64,000 nt of DNA from Bryobacteraceae bacterium (GTDB taxonomy: Bacteria > Acidobacteriota > Terriglobia > Bryobacterales > Bryobacteraceae), in the NCBI GenBank assembly GCA_036268375.1, contig DATAUH010000080.1, positions 2,706 to 66,705 of the forward strand, given 5' to 3'. Shown one piece after another: positions 16,782 through 26,398 of the stretch. The notes beneath the pieces were generated by a model. The model made no database searches, had not been told where the DNA came from, and worked only from the letters and a program-made list of their open reading frames with translations. A program made the translations under genes and the position numbers. Position 1 is the stretch's first letter; each line of letters opens with the position of its first letter.

Positions 16782-19324
16782 GCGTCTCGCCAGTTGTCGC
16801 CCACGCCGACATCCACTAACAGTGGCACTTTCAACTCCCGCGCGCCTTCCATTTCGCGTTTCACCAGCGCCGAAAGCTCTGCGGACTCTTCGGGCGGGCA
16901 TTCGAAAACGAGTTCGTCGTGCACTTGCAGCAGCATTACGCTGCGGAAGCCGCCGCTTTGCAGGGCGCTGTCGATGCGCACCATTGCCAGCTTGATCAAA
17001 TCCGCCGCCGTACCTTGAAGCGGTGAATTTACTGCCGTCCTTTCCGCAAAGCCACGCGAATTCGGGTTACGGCTGTTGATGTCGGGAATCGGGCGCTCCC
17101 GGCCGAACATTGTTCGCGTGACGCCGGTCTTGCGAACCTCAGCAATTGTGTCGTCAATAAACCGCCGCACGCCTTGATAGCGCTCGAAGTAGTTCCAGAT
17201 GTACTTTTCAGCTTCTTTGCGCGGAATACCCAGTTGGGCCGCCAGACCAAACGGACTAATGCCGTAGACGATTCCGAAATTCACGGCCTTGGCGCTGCGA
17301 CGCATGTCGGGCGTCACCATCGTGGGGTGCACGCCCAACACTTCGCTTGCAGTGCGCGTGTGGATGTCTTCGCCGCTACGAAAAGCCTCAAGTAGCAGCG
17401 GGTCTTCGGACATATGGGCCAGCAGTCGCAGCTCGATCTGGGAGTAATCCGCGACTAGCAGTTTCCAGCCTTCGCGCGGCACAAATGCCGCTCGAATTTC
17501 GCGCCCGAGTTCCGTGCGAATCGGGATGTTTTGCAAGTTTGGATTGGACGACGAAAGCCGGCCGGTGGCTGCGCCCGCCGCGTTGAAACTGGTGTGCAAA
17601 CGGCCAGTATGGGGGTCGATCAGCGCCGGCAACGCATCCACATAAGTGCCCTTCAGTTTGGAGAGCTGGCGAAATTCGAGCACTTTGCGGACGATTTCGT
17701 AGTCGGGGGCCAGCTCTTCCAGCACGTCCGCCGCGGTCGAAATCGTCTTGCCTTTCCCGTACTTCACCGGAGCAGGCAATTTGAGATCTTCGAATAGGAC
17801 GCGCCCCAGTTGCTGCGGCGAAGCAATGTTGAAGGGCTTTCCCGCCAGCGCGTGGATCTCTGACGTCAGCCGCCCGATCTCGCCGTCCATTAAGCGCGAG
17901 AGCCGCGCAAGCTCCGTCGAGTCGATGCGTACGCCTTCCCGCTCCATCCGAAGCAGCACGCGCGTCAACGGCAGTTCGATGCTCGAGTACATGTCGCGTA
18001 AGCCGCGCGATTCCACTGCCGGCGCAAGATGGCTCCAGAGTTCCAGCGTCAAATCGGCATGCTGCTCCGGCGACGCCGCGAGTTTCAGATCGAGCCGTCG
18101 CTGCGCCTGAGCTTCCAATTGGCATCCGCCCGGGTCGGCATCCAACAGGAAGGCATAGAGCATCACATCGTGATCGAAACCCGCCGCGTCGATTCCCATC
18201 CGGCTCAATTCCAGCATCGCGCTCTTCACATCACATGCGATCTTGATCGCGGAGGCGTCCTCCAGCCAAGGCTTCAGCTCGGCGAGCATCTCTCCCGATG
18301 CAGATCTGCCTTCACCCTGCTTCCACGCAAGGCCGATCGTGTCTAGCCCCAGCTCGCCTTCGGCCTTCGAAATCGAAACCGCCACCGGAACCCCCGCGGG
18401 TATTTCACCAGGCGACGTTAGCGGACGGTAATCTCGCGGCCGCGTGTCCTCGGATGGTCCTAACTCCTTCAAGAGGCTGTGAAACTCCATCTCTTTGTAG
18501 ATGGCCTTCAGTAGGGAGATGTCGAATCCTCGAGCTTTCACCGCGTCGATTTCGAATGCCACCGGCACGTCAATTGCGATCGAAGCCAGGCGCTTGCTCA
18601 GTTGAATGCGTTCAACATTATTCTGCAGACTCTCGCGATACATCTTTCGCGTCACTTCCGCGGCGCGTTCGATGGCGGCGTCCACAGAGCCGAACTTTTC
18701 GATGAGGTCGCGCGCGCCTTTTTCACCGATGCCGGGCGCGCCCGGGATGTTGTCCACGGCGTCTCCCATCAGCGCCAGCAGGTCCGCAACCTGCGCAGGC
18801 AGCACGCCCATGAATTCTTTGACCCGCGCTGCGTCGTAGAGCGTGTCGTCTTTGGCCGGATTCAGCATGTAGACATGGTCATTGACGAGCTGCAGCATGT
18901 CTTTGTCGCTGGAAACGATCACTACGTCGAGTCCCAAGCCTTCCACGCGGCGGGCCAGAGTGCCTATGACGTCATCCGCCTCAAAACCGGGGTAATGCAG
19001 GATGGGGATGCGCATGGCTTCCAGGATGCGGCGGACATGTGGAATTTGATCCGCCAAGTCGGGCGGCATCTCCGTGCGATTCGCCTTGTACTCGGGAAAT
19101 TCCTGGACGCGGTGGGTAGGCTCACCGCTCTCAAAGATGGCTGCGATATAGGCGGGCGAATGCTCCTTCATTAGCTTGCGCAACATGTTGTTGAAGATGT
19201 AGATGGCTTCGGTGGAAAGGCCGGTGCTGGTGCGCATGGGCGGCGCCGCCGAGCGGGCGCGGGCATGGTAAGCGCGAAAAATGAAGCCGAAGGAGTCGAT
19301 TAGGAAGAAGCGCGGGCGGGCCAC
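16775..19324 (-). CDS. polA: DNA polymerase I
   Basis: The ORF is 849 aa with a 5' nuclease domain (FLIDSFGFIFRAYHA, GFEADDVIG). Polymerase motifs are DYSQIELRLLAH, RRSAKAVNFGIVYG and QVHDELVFE. Confidence 0.95.
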   Translation of the reverse strand: MARPRFFLIDSFGFIFRAYHARARSAAPPMRTSTGLSTEAIYIFNNMLRKLMKEHSPAYIAAIFESGEPTHRVQEFPEYKANRTEMPPDLADQIPHVRRILEAMRIPILHYPGFEADDVIGTLARRVEGLGLDVVIVSSDKDMLQLVNDHVYMLNPAKDDTLYDAARVKEFMGVLPAQVADLLALMGDAVDNIPGAPGIGEKGARDLIEKFGSVDAAIERAAEVTRKMYRESLQNNVERIQLSKRLASIAIDVPVAFEIDAVKARGFDISLLKAIYKEMEFHSLLKELGPSEDTRPRDYRPLTSPGEIPAGVPVAVSISKAEGELGLDTIGLAWKQGEGRSASGEMLAELKPWLEDASAIKIACDVKSAMLELSRMGIDAAGFDHDVMLYAFLLDADPGGCQLEAQAQRRLDLKLAASPEQHADLTLELWSHLAPAVESRGLRDMYSSIELPLTRVLLRMEREGVRIDSTELARLSRLMDGEIGRLTSEIHALAGKPFNIASPQQLGRVLFEDLKLPAPVKYGKGKTISTAADVLEELAPDYEIVRKVLEFRQLSKLKGTYVDALPALIDPHTGRLHTSFNAAGAATGRLSSSNPNLQNIPIRTELGREIRAAFVPREGWKLLVADYSQIELRLLAHMSEDPLLLEAFRSGEDIHTRTASEVLGVHPTMVTPDMRRSAKAVNFGIVYGISPFGLAAQLGIPRKEAEKYIWNYFERYQGVRRFIDDTIAEVRKTGVTRTMFGRERPIPDINSRNPNSRGFAERTAVNSPLQGTAADLIKLAMVRIDSALQSGGFRSVMLLQVHDELVFECPPEESAELSALVKREMEGARELKVPLLVDVGVGDNWRDAK

Positions 19325-19466
19325 TCCGCCATGATAACGTCGCGCGAGGCTGCGAAATTCAGCGTGGTCTAGCCGGCGGCATACTGGTAAACCCAGGTCT
19401 ATCTATGAATATTCTGGCTAGGCCCTGATTTCTTTAGCATATTTCGGTATATTAGAGTACAATCAG

Positions 19467-21926
19467 GTGATACGTAACGGGATGACGGGAGTTGCTGGCG
19501 ACCTAAAATTTGCCTTTCGGGGCATGATGCGTAAACCCGGCTTTACGCTCATTGCCGTGCTCTCCCTTGCGTTGGGAATTGGCGCAAATACAACGATTTT
19601 TTCACTGCTGAACGGGATCTTACTACGCTCGTTGGCGGTTCAAAATCCGGACCGGTTGGTGGCGGTTTACGCCATTGATTCGCGTTCACCCGGCGACCTG
19701 CCCATTTCTTATCTAAATTACAAAGATTTGCGCGATCGCAATACCGTTTTTTCGAATCTGGCTGTTTATTCTCCTATAGCTGTCAATTTGACCGGAACGG
19801 GTGAGCCGCGACACCTGATTGCGCACATTGTTTCCGGGAATTATTTCCAGACTCTTGGAGTTATGCCTGTGGTGGGCCGCACGTTCGTGCCAGAAGAGGA
19901 CGTTACACCGGGAGCGCGTGCGGTTGCCGTGATCAGCTTCGACCTGTGGAACCGGTTGTTTGCGTCCGATCCCCAAATCACCTCGCGAACGCTGTTGATC
20001 AGCGGCCGAACATTCTCGGTCATTGGGGTTGCGCCTGCCGACTTTCGAGGCATTAACGAATTGTACGGCGCGGACGTGTGGGTGCCAATGGCTATGTATC
20101 CGCAGGTATATCCGGCTCCTGCCTGGGTGAATCAGCGTCGCGCCTCGGTCTTTTCGGTGACGGGCCGCTTAAAAGCTGGCATCGACTTGGCAGAGGCGCA
20201 AGGCGTAATGCAGAGCCTTGCGGCGGAACTGGCGCGTGAATATCCTCGCGAAAATCGGCAGCGGAGCATTCGCCTCGCGCCGGTGGCGGAGGCTGCGCTC
20301 AATTCCAAGATGCGAGCCAGTTACAGCCGGACCGGGACCATTCTGCTGCTGATATCGGGCGTTGTGCTGTTGATTGCGTGCGCCAATGTCGCCAACTTAC
20401 TGTTGGCGCGCGCCGCTGGTCGGACCAAAGAGATTACGGTACGGCTGGCGGTTGGCGCCACGCGTTGGGATTTGATCCGGCAGTTGCTGATGGAAAATGT
20501 CGGGCTGTCTTTGCTAGGCGGTGCGCTGGGTTTGTCGATCGCGCAATTCGCTCGCACGATGCTTTGGCCGATGCGTCCACCTGCCATGCGGTATGCATCT
20601 TTCCGTTTCGACTTGGACTTCCGTGTTCTGCTGTACACGTTTGGCGTGGCGCTGATCACCGGCATCGCTTTCGGATTACTACCGGCATTGGGCGCCTCGC
20701 GCATTGACCTTGCGACCAGTTTGAAGGAACGCTCGGGCGCTCCTCAGGCTTGGAGGGGGCGTTGGCCTCCGCGGGCGATCTTGGTGACCGTGCAGCTTGC
20801 GTTTTCGCTGGTTGCGCTCCTGGGCGCCGGCCTGTTCCTGCGCAGCGTTCATAGCGCGATGCAGATCGATCCCGGTTTCGAAGTCAGCCACCTGGGCGTG
20901 ATCAGTTTCAATGTGACGGATCAAGGTTACAACGAAGCGCGGGGCAGGGAATACCGGCGCCAGTTGGTGGAGCGCGCTTCTTCCATTCCGGGAGTGGAAG
21001 CTGTGAGTCTGGCGAAAGACCTGCCTTTCGGCGTGGGCGGCACGCGCACTGTGCTGCTGCAAGGCCAAGACAACACGTTAGACGGAGCGGGACATCCTAC
21101 GCTCACAAGCCTGACCTATCCCGATTATTTTAAAACCGTGCGGATTCCGTTGCTGCGCGGCCGCGACTTCACGTTGGCGGATGTCTCAAGCACACCGCGC
21201 GTGGCGATCGTCAACGACATCGCGGCAACTAATTTGTGGCCAGGCCAGGATGCTGTCGGGAAGGTGATTCAGTTTGCGGGTGAAAACATCCCTGTGCAGG
21301 TTGTCGGAGTGGTCCGCAACGCTGCCTACGCGATGCCAGGAGAGCCCCCGCAGGCGATGGTTTATCTTTCGATGCAGCAGTATTACTTCCCGTACGCCGC
21401 GCTGTATGTGCGTTCGTCGCGCGACATCACCGGAACGCTGGCTGCGGTAACACGAGAAGTTCACAATATCGATCGGAACCTCTATCTGGATCCTGAGACG
21501 GTCGAAACCAGCATGCGCAAGACGCTTTGGCAGCAGAGTCTTTCAGCGACATTGCTCAGCATCTTCGGTGGCATTGCGTTACTGCTCTCGGGAATCGGCA
21601 TCTACGGCGTCATGTCGTACGGCGTCAGTCTGCGTGGGCGCGAGATCGGCGTTCGCATGGCGTTGGGCGCCCAGCCGGGAGAAGTCCGCATCATGCTGCT
21701 GCGCGAGGCCGCGCGCTTGATCCTGGTGGGAGTGTTTACCGGATTGGCCGTGGCGTTTGCCATTTCCCGAACGCTCGAGACGATGTTAGTGGGCGTCAGT
21801 TCACGTGATGTAACCACATTTCTTGTCGCCCCCGCAATTTTGGCTGTCGTAGCGGCTGCAGCGTGCTGGTTTCCGGCTTGCCGCGCGACACGCATCGACC
21901 CTTCACGGGCTTTGCGAGCCGAATAA
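19467..21926 (+). CDS. Duplicated orphan MacB-like permease (ADOP family; 2 x MacB periplasmic domain plus FtsX)
   Basis: The ORF is 819 aa. It starts ...DLKFAFRGMMRKPGFTLIAVLSLALGIGANTTIF and ends with ...TRIDPSRALRAE, both typical of the family. It has a GTG start (an ATG alternative lies at 19482). No ATPase gene is adjacent. Confidence 0.8.
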   Translation: MIRNGMTGVAGDLKFAFRGMMRKPGFTLIAVLSLALGIGANTTIFSLLNGILLRSLAVQNPDRLVAVYAIDSRSPGDLPISYLNYKDLRDRNTVFSNLAVYSPIAVNLTGTGEPRHLIAHIVSGNYFQTLGVMPVVGRTFVPEEDVTPGARAVAVISFDLWNRLFASDPQITSRTLLISGRTFSVIGVAPADFRGINELYGADVWVPMAMYPQVYPAPAWVNQRRASVFSVTGRLKAGIDLAEAQGVMQSLAAELAREYPRENRQRSIRLAPVAEAALNSKMRASYSRTGTILLLISGVVLLIACANVANLLLARAAGRTKEITVRLAVGATRWDLIRQLLMENVGLSLLGGALGLSIAQFARTMLWPMRPPAMRYASFRFDLDFRVLLYTFGVALITGIAFGLLPALGASRIDLATSLKERSGAPQAWRGRWPPRAILVTVQLAFSLVALLGAGLFLRSVHSAMQIDPGFEVSHLGVISFNVTDQGYNEARGREYRRQLVERASSIPGVEAVSLAKDLPFGVGGTRTVLLQGQDNTLDGAGHPTLTSLTYPDYFKTVRIPLLRGRDFTLADVSSTPRVAIVNDIAATNLWPGQDAVGKVIQFAGENIPVQVVGVVRNAAYAMPGEPPQAMVYLSMQQYYFPYAALYVRSSRDITGTLAAVTREVHNIDRNLYLDPETVETSMRKTLWQQSLSATLLSIFGGIALLLSGIGIYGVMSYGVSLRGREIGVRMALGAQPGEVRIMLLREAARLILVGVFTGLAVAFAISRTLETMLVGVSSRDVTTFLVAPAILAVVAAAACWFPACRATRIDPSRALRAE

Positions 21927-21941
21927 GCGCGCCTCTGGAAT

Positions 21942-22418
21942 TCACAATCGCTTGCGATAGTGAACACAGCGATCGACAACCTCATAACCGAGCCCCGTGT
22001 GAGCGCGCTGCGAGACTTCATTGTCAATCAGGACGTCTGAGGCCATCTCGACACAGCCCTGCGTCCGCGCCCACTCTTCGGCTGCTCGGATGAGCGCACT
22101 TCCGATACCGCGTCCACGATGCGACTCGTTAACAAACCAGCCTTCGATATAACCCACAGGTTGCGCGGGATCACACCCATCCGCATGCGAACGAAGGTCC
22201 ACGTCCAAAAATCCGGTCACGACGCCGTGCTCATCAACTGACACCAGGGTGACGCCTGGCAGCGTGGAGGGTACCCATTGGACGAACGACGCGTCGACCT
22301 CTTTGAGGTGTTCCTCGAACGAACCCTCCGGCCAAAGGGCCACGCGCATTTCCGCGATTGCCAGCCGATCTTCTACTAACGCTGGACGCACGCGAGGCTG
22401 AAAGGGCCTAGTGTTCAT
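21942..22418 (-). CDS. GNAT N-acetyltransferase resembling AAC(6')-I aminoglycoside acetyltransferases
   Basis: The protein is 158 aa counted from MNTRPF. The pattern ALWPEGSFEEHLKE...GYIEGWFVNESHRGRGIGSALIRAAEEWARTQGCVEMASDVLIDNEVSQRAHTGLGYEVVDRCVHYRKRL matches my memory of AAC(6')-I sequences. An ATGA overlap joins it to the upstream gene. Confidence 0.6.
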   Translation of the reverse strand: MNTRPFQPRVRPALVEDRLAIAEMRVALWPEGSFEEHLKEVDASFVQWVPSTLPGVTLVSVDEHGVVTGFLDVDLRSHADGCDPAQPVGYIEGWFVNESHRGRGIGSALIRAAEEWARTQGCVEMASDVLIDNEVSQRAHTGLGYEVVDRCVHYRKRL

Positions 22419-23446
22419 GCTTCCGGCGCAACCCCTAACGCCCCGCCGGTTTCGCAGAGTTCCTTCCAGTTGCCCTCTTCGACCGGGATGCCATGGACGC
22501 GGCGCTCGGCCTCTCTCCGCCATTCTGGTTCGCCCGCGACTAATACTTCCTCGTAGCCGGACGCCGGCGGCGTGGATTTGATCATGCCCACCAGCTTTTC
22601 CAACCGCGCGGTGAACTCCGCCACGGGCATGAAGCGCGCTATGTCGATGGCGATGAACGTCTGGCTGGTACGCGATGGCTTGCCCGCGACGCGGATGCCG
22701 CCTACCTCATTCGCCATGGCTGAGCCGGCCAGCACCGCGCACAGGATTTCCACCATCATGCCCAGGCCGCTGCCTTTGTAACCGCCAAGCGGCATCAGCA
22801 TTCCCCTGGCGGCCTCGGCGGAACTGGTGGTGGGCACGCCGTTTGCATCCAGCGCCCATCCGGCGGGGACCTGTTCACGTCCGTTCACTACTTCTTTGAA
22901 AATCCGATTCGCGGCGACTGTGGTGGTGGCCATATCGAGCAGCCATGGGCCGGGCGCGGCCATGCAAATCGGGTTTGTTCCAATGCGGCCCTGCTTGCCT
23001 TGCCATGGCGGCACCAGCGGCGAGGCATTGCAGAAAACCAGCCCGATCATGCCGTGGTCGCGAATTTTCTGCGCCCACCACGCTGCGGCCCCAAAGTGGT
23101 TGGAGTCGCGTGCCACCACCATGCCCACGCCGCCGCTCTTCGCGAGGCGCACCGCATGATCGCAGCACTGCTCCGAAATCCATTGGCCCACGCCGTTTTG
23201 CCCGTCGAACAGCAGACAGGCGCCGGATTCGGAGAGCACTACGCCGTCCGCATTCACGTCAATTTCTCCGGCGCGAATCTTGTCTACATAGCGCGGGACC
23301 AGCAGAATGCCGTGGGAGTCAACGCCGCGCAGGTTCGCGCCCACTAATGAGGCAGATGTAATTGCGGCTTTGCGGGCGGGTATTCCCACAGCGGTAAGGA
23401 TTGCTTCCACGAAGCGAGTAAGCTTTTCGACCGGAATCAAAGGCAT
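22415..23446 (-). CDS. Ldh_2 family (malate/L-lactate/ureidoglycolate-type) dehydrogenase
   Basis: The ORF is 343 aa and contains GVDSHGI, DSNHFGAA, GTNPI and MPLGGYKGSGLGMMVEIL. Confidence 0.8.
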   Translation of the reverse strand: MPLIPVEKLTRFVEAILTAVGIPARKAAITSASLVGANLRGVDSHGILLVPRYVDKIRAGEIDVNADGVVLSESGACLLFDGQNGVGQWISEQCCDHAVRLAKSGGVGMVVARDSNHFGAAAWWAQKIRDHGMIGLVFCNASPLVPPWQGKQGRIGTNPICMAAPGPWLLDMATTTVAANRIFKEVVNGREQVPAGWALDANGVPTTSSAEAARGMLMPLGGYKGSGLGMMVEILCAVLAGSAMANEVGGIRVAGKPSRTSQTFIAIDIARFMPVAEFTARLEKLVGMIKSTPPASGYEEVLVAGEPEWRREAERRVHGIPVEEGNWKELCETGGALGVAPEA

Positions 23447-23483
23447 GAACTCTCAGGGTATCGCGGTGGCCTATAATCTTGCC

Positions 23484-25493
23484 ATGCATCGAAATCCGGT
23501 ACTTGTGGCTTTGCTTGCCTGTGCGGCGGCGCAGGCCACGGTTCCCACGATCGACGAATCGCTCTCGATGAAGTCGGTGGGTGGCGCGCAAATCTCGCCA
23601 GACGGACGGTTTGTAGCGTACTCGCAAACTCAGACGGATTGGGACGAGAACGATTTTGTGTCGCAAATCTGGATCGCAGTTACGGCGACCGGCGAGCGCT
23701 ACCAACTTACCAGCGGAAAGAAATCCGCAGCTAGTCCTCTATGGTCGCCGGACTCGCGGAGGCTCGCGTTTATCTCCGACCGCGATGGCAAGCGGCAGAT
23801 TTATCTGATTTCGCCCACGGGGGGCGAAGCGCGGCAGCTTACGACGGAAGATAACGGCGTGGGAACGATGGCCTGGTCACCGGACGGCGCGTCCATCGTA
23901 TTCACATCAAGTGGTCCCGAATCGAAGGCCAAGAAGGATCGCAAGGAAAAATACGGAGACTTTGAGATTATCGGCGGCGACTATTTGTTTACGCAATTGT
24001 GGCTCGTAAAGGCGCCGGCCGATCTGCCGCAGGATCCAAAGAAGCTTCCCAAAGCGGAACAGCTTACCAAAGGCGATTTCAGCGTGAGCGGCGCCGCATG
24101 GTCTCCTGACGGAAAGAAGATCGCTTTCAGCGCAAGCCGCGATCCTGATCCGGAATCTGCCAGTACGGAGCAACTCTACGTACTCGATCTTGCCGATCGT
24201 CACGTCCGCAAGTTGGTCGACGCCAACGGACCGAACAGCAACCCGCGCTGGTCACCCGACGGAAAGCAGATCGCCTATGCCACTTATGATGGCGATGCAT
24301 CGTTTTTCTATGCCAATCGCTATATCGCGGTTGTAAGTGCGGAAGGCGGCGCCTCAAAAGTACTTACTCATGCTTTTGACGAGGACGCTAATTTACTCGG
24401 ATGGGCGGAAGACGGGATTTACTTTTCGGCGCTGCAAAAGACCAACGCACACGTTTACAGGATCGATCCGGGCACGGGCGCAGTGCGCCGCCTGACGGGA
24501 CCGGACGCGTTTAACGCGGCTGGCGTATCGTTTACCAAGGACCATCGCACGTTTGCGGGGACGGGCGCGGCGCCGAATCGCTTCTCGGAAATCCTCGTCT
24601 CCTCCACATCGGATTTTGCGCCGCACTACCTTACTAATATTGGCGACCAATACAAAGCTTTTGGTTTGGCGCGCCGCGAAGTAGTGGAGTGGAAATCGAA
24701 GGACGGCGCGTTGGTGGAGGGCGTGCTAAGCAAGCCGGCCGATTACGATCCGTCGCGGAAATATCCGCTACTTGTTGTGATTCATGGCGGTCCAACGGGT
24801 GTGGATACGGCTGTACTTTCACCCGATCGTTACTATCCGGTGGAACGCTTTGCGGCAAAAGGCGCGCTGATTCTGCGGCCAAATTATCGCGGGTCGGCTG
24901 GCTACGGCGCCAAGTTTCGCGCGTTGAACGTCCGCAACCTGGGAATCGGCGACTACGACGACGTGATTAGCGGCGTCGATTCGCTGATCGCGAAGGGGCT
25001 TGTTGACAAAGACCGCGTGGCGGCCATGGGATGGAGCGAGGGTGGCTACATCTCGGCCTTCATTACGTGCTTCAGTGACCGGTTCAAGGCTGTCTCTGTG
25101 GGCGCGGGTATTTCGGACTGGGTCACTTACTATGTCAACACCGACATTCATCCATTCACGCGCCAATACCTGAAAGCGACCCCCTGGGATGATCCGGAGA
25201 TTTATCGCAAGACGTCGCCCATTACTTATGTCGGTCGCGCCAAAACCCCGACGCTGATTCAACAGGGAGATCAGGATAAGCGTGTGCCGCCGCCGGATTC
25301 GTACGAGCTTTATCAGGCTTTGAAGGATCGCGGCGTTCCCGTGAAGCTGATTTTCTATAAGGGCTTCGGCCATCCGATCAACAAGCCGAAGCAACAGCGC
25401 GCGGTGATGGAGCACAATTACGAATGGTTCAGTAAATATATTTGGGGCGAAGATACTGCGGCTGAATCGACGAAACCGGGAGAAGAAAAATGA
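23484..25493 (+). CDS. Secreted S9 family serine peptidase (propeller plus alpha/beta hydrolase domain)
   Basis: The signal peptide is MHRNPVLVALLACAAAQA. TolB-like repeats are present (SPDGRFVAY, WSPDSRRLAF, WSPDGASIVF, WSPDGKKIAF, WSPDGKQIAY). The nucleophile motif is GWSEGGY, with later GDQDKRVP and GFGHP. The ORF is open from 23307. Confidence 0.85.
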   Translation: MHRNPVLVALLACAAAQATVPTIDESLSMKSVGGAQISPDGRFVAYSQTQTDWDENDFVSQIWIAVTATGERYQLTSGKKSAASPLWSPDSRRLAFISDRDGKRQIYLISPTGGEARQLTTEDNGVGTMAWSPDGASIVFTSSGPESKAKKDRKEKYGDFEIIGGDYLFTQLWLVKAPADLPQDPKKLPKAEQLTKGDFSVSGAAWSPDGKKIAFSASRDPDPESASTEQLYVLDLADRHVRKLVDANGPNSNPRWSPDGKQIAYATYDGDASFFYANRYIAVVSAEGGASKVLTHAFDEDANLLGWAEDGIYFSALQKTNAHVYRIDPGTGAVRRLTGPDAFNAAGVSFTKDHRTFAGTGAAPNRFSEILVSSTSDFAPHYLTNIGDQYKAFGLARREVVEWKSKDGALVEGVLSKPADYDPSRKYPLLVVIHGGPTGVDTAVLSPDRYYPVERFAAKGALILRPNYRGSAGYGAKFRALNVRNLGIGDYDDVISGVDSLIAKGLVDKDRVAAMGWSEGGYISAFITCFSDRFKAVSVGAGISDWVTYYVNTDIHPFTRQYLKATPWDDPEIYRKTSPITYVGRAKTPTLIQQGDQDKRVPPPDSYELYQALKDRGVPVKLIFYKGFGHPINKPKQQRAVMEHNYEWFSKYIWGEDTAAESTKPGEEK

Positions 25494-26359
25494 CACGCGC
25501 TTTCGTGACTCTGAGTTTGGCAGCAGCGGTGGCGATCGCCGCGCCGGTTGACAAGCAGGATGTAGAGTATGGGCGCCCCGGCGGCCACGCGCTGCTGCTG
25601 GATCTGCACCTGCCCGACGGCGCCGGGCCGTTTCCGGCCGCCATTCTGGTGCACGGTGGCGGCTTCGATGGGGGTAGCAAGAGTACCAATTGCCGTCCCC
25701 TTTTTCAGCCGCTCGCCGATGCCGGCTTCGCCTGGTTCAGCATCGATTACCGTATGGCGCCGGAGTTCCGCTTTCCGGAAGCCAAAGAAGACATAGCGAG
25801 CGCGATCAGATGGGTGAAGGCCCACGCCCGCGAATATCAAGTGGACCCTGCGAAGATCGCCATCGTCGGCGAATCCGCGGGTGGCTTTCTGGTGAACTAC
25901 GAAGGTACGCATCAAACGCCGGAAACGAAAGTGGCTGCGGTTGTGGATTTCTACGGTCCCGTGGACTACGCCAAGCTGGTGCTGGAGAGGCGCGATCACC
26001 CGGAACGCTTCAACATGAAGAGCATCAACGCGCATATGGCAAACGGCGGCAGCAGCCGATTCTTCGGCGCAGAACAGCCGGACGATGCCGGTCTGGCGAA
26101 GTTGCGTGAAGCGTCGCCCTTATTTGCAGTGCACAAAGGGATGCCTCCGTTTCTGGCCATTCACGGCACGAAAGACGATCAGGTCTCATACGATCAATCG
26201 ACCGCATTCTGCGATGCGATGCACAGGGTGGCCGTCACGTGCGATCTGATCACGATGGATGGCGGCGGCCACGGAATGAGCGGCTGGAAGGCGCCTGAGA
26301 TGCAGCACTACAAGGCGGACATGATCGCGTGGTTGCGCAAGACCATGAAGGTTCAGTAG
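25490..26359 (+). CDS. Secreted alpha/beta hydrolase (carboxylesterase, HSL-like)
   Basis: The oxyanion motif is HGGGF and the nucleophile motif is GESAGG, with HGTKDDQV and GGGHGM later. An ATGA overlap joins it to the S9 peptidase gene. Confidence 0.8.
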   Translation: MTRAFVTLSLAAAVAIAAPVDKQDVEYGRPGGHALLLDLHLPDGAGPFPAAILVHGGGFDGGSKSTNCRPLFQPLADAGFAWFSIDYRMAPEFRFPEAKEDIASAIRWVKAHAREYQVDPAKIAIVGESAGGFLVNYEGTHQTPETKVAAVVDFYGPVDYAKLVLERRDHPERFNMKSINAHMANGGSSRFFGAEQPDDAGLAKLREASPLFAVHKGMPPFLAIHGTKDDQVSYDQSTAFCDAMHRVAVTCDLITMDGGGHGMSGWKAPEMQHYKADMIAWLRKTMKVQ

Positions 26360-26398
26360 CGGGTTAGAACGCGAGTCATTTCGAGCTTCACCGCAATT

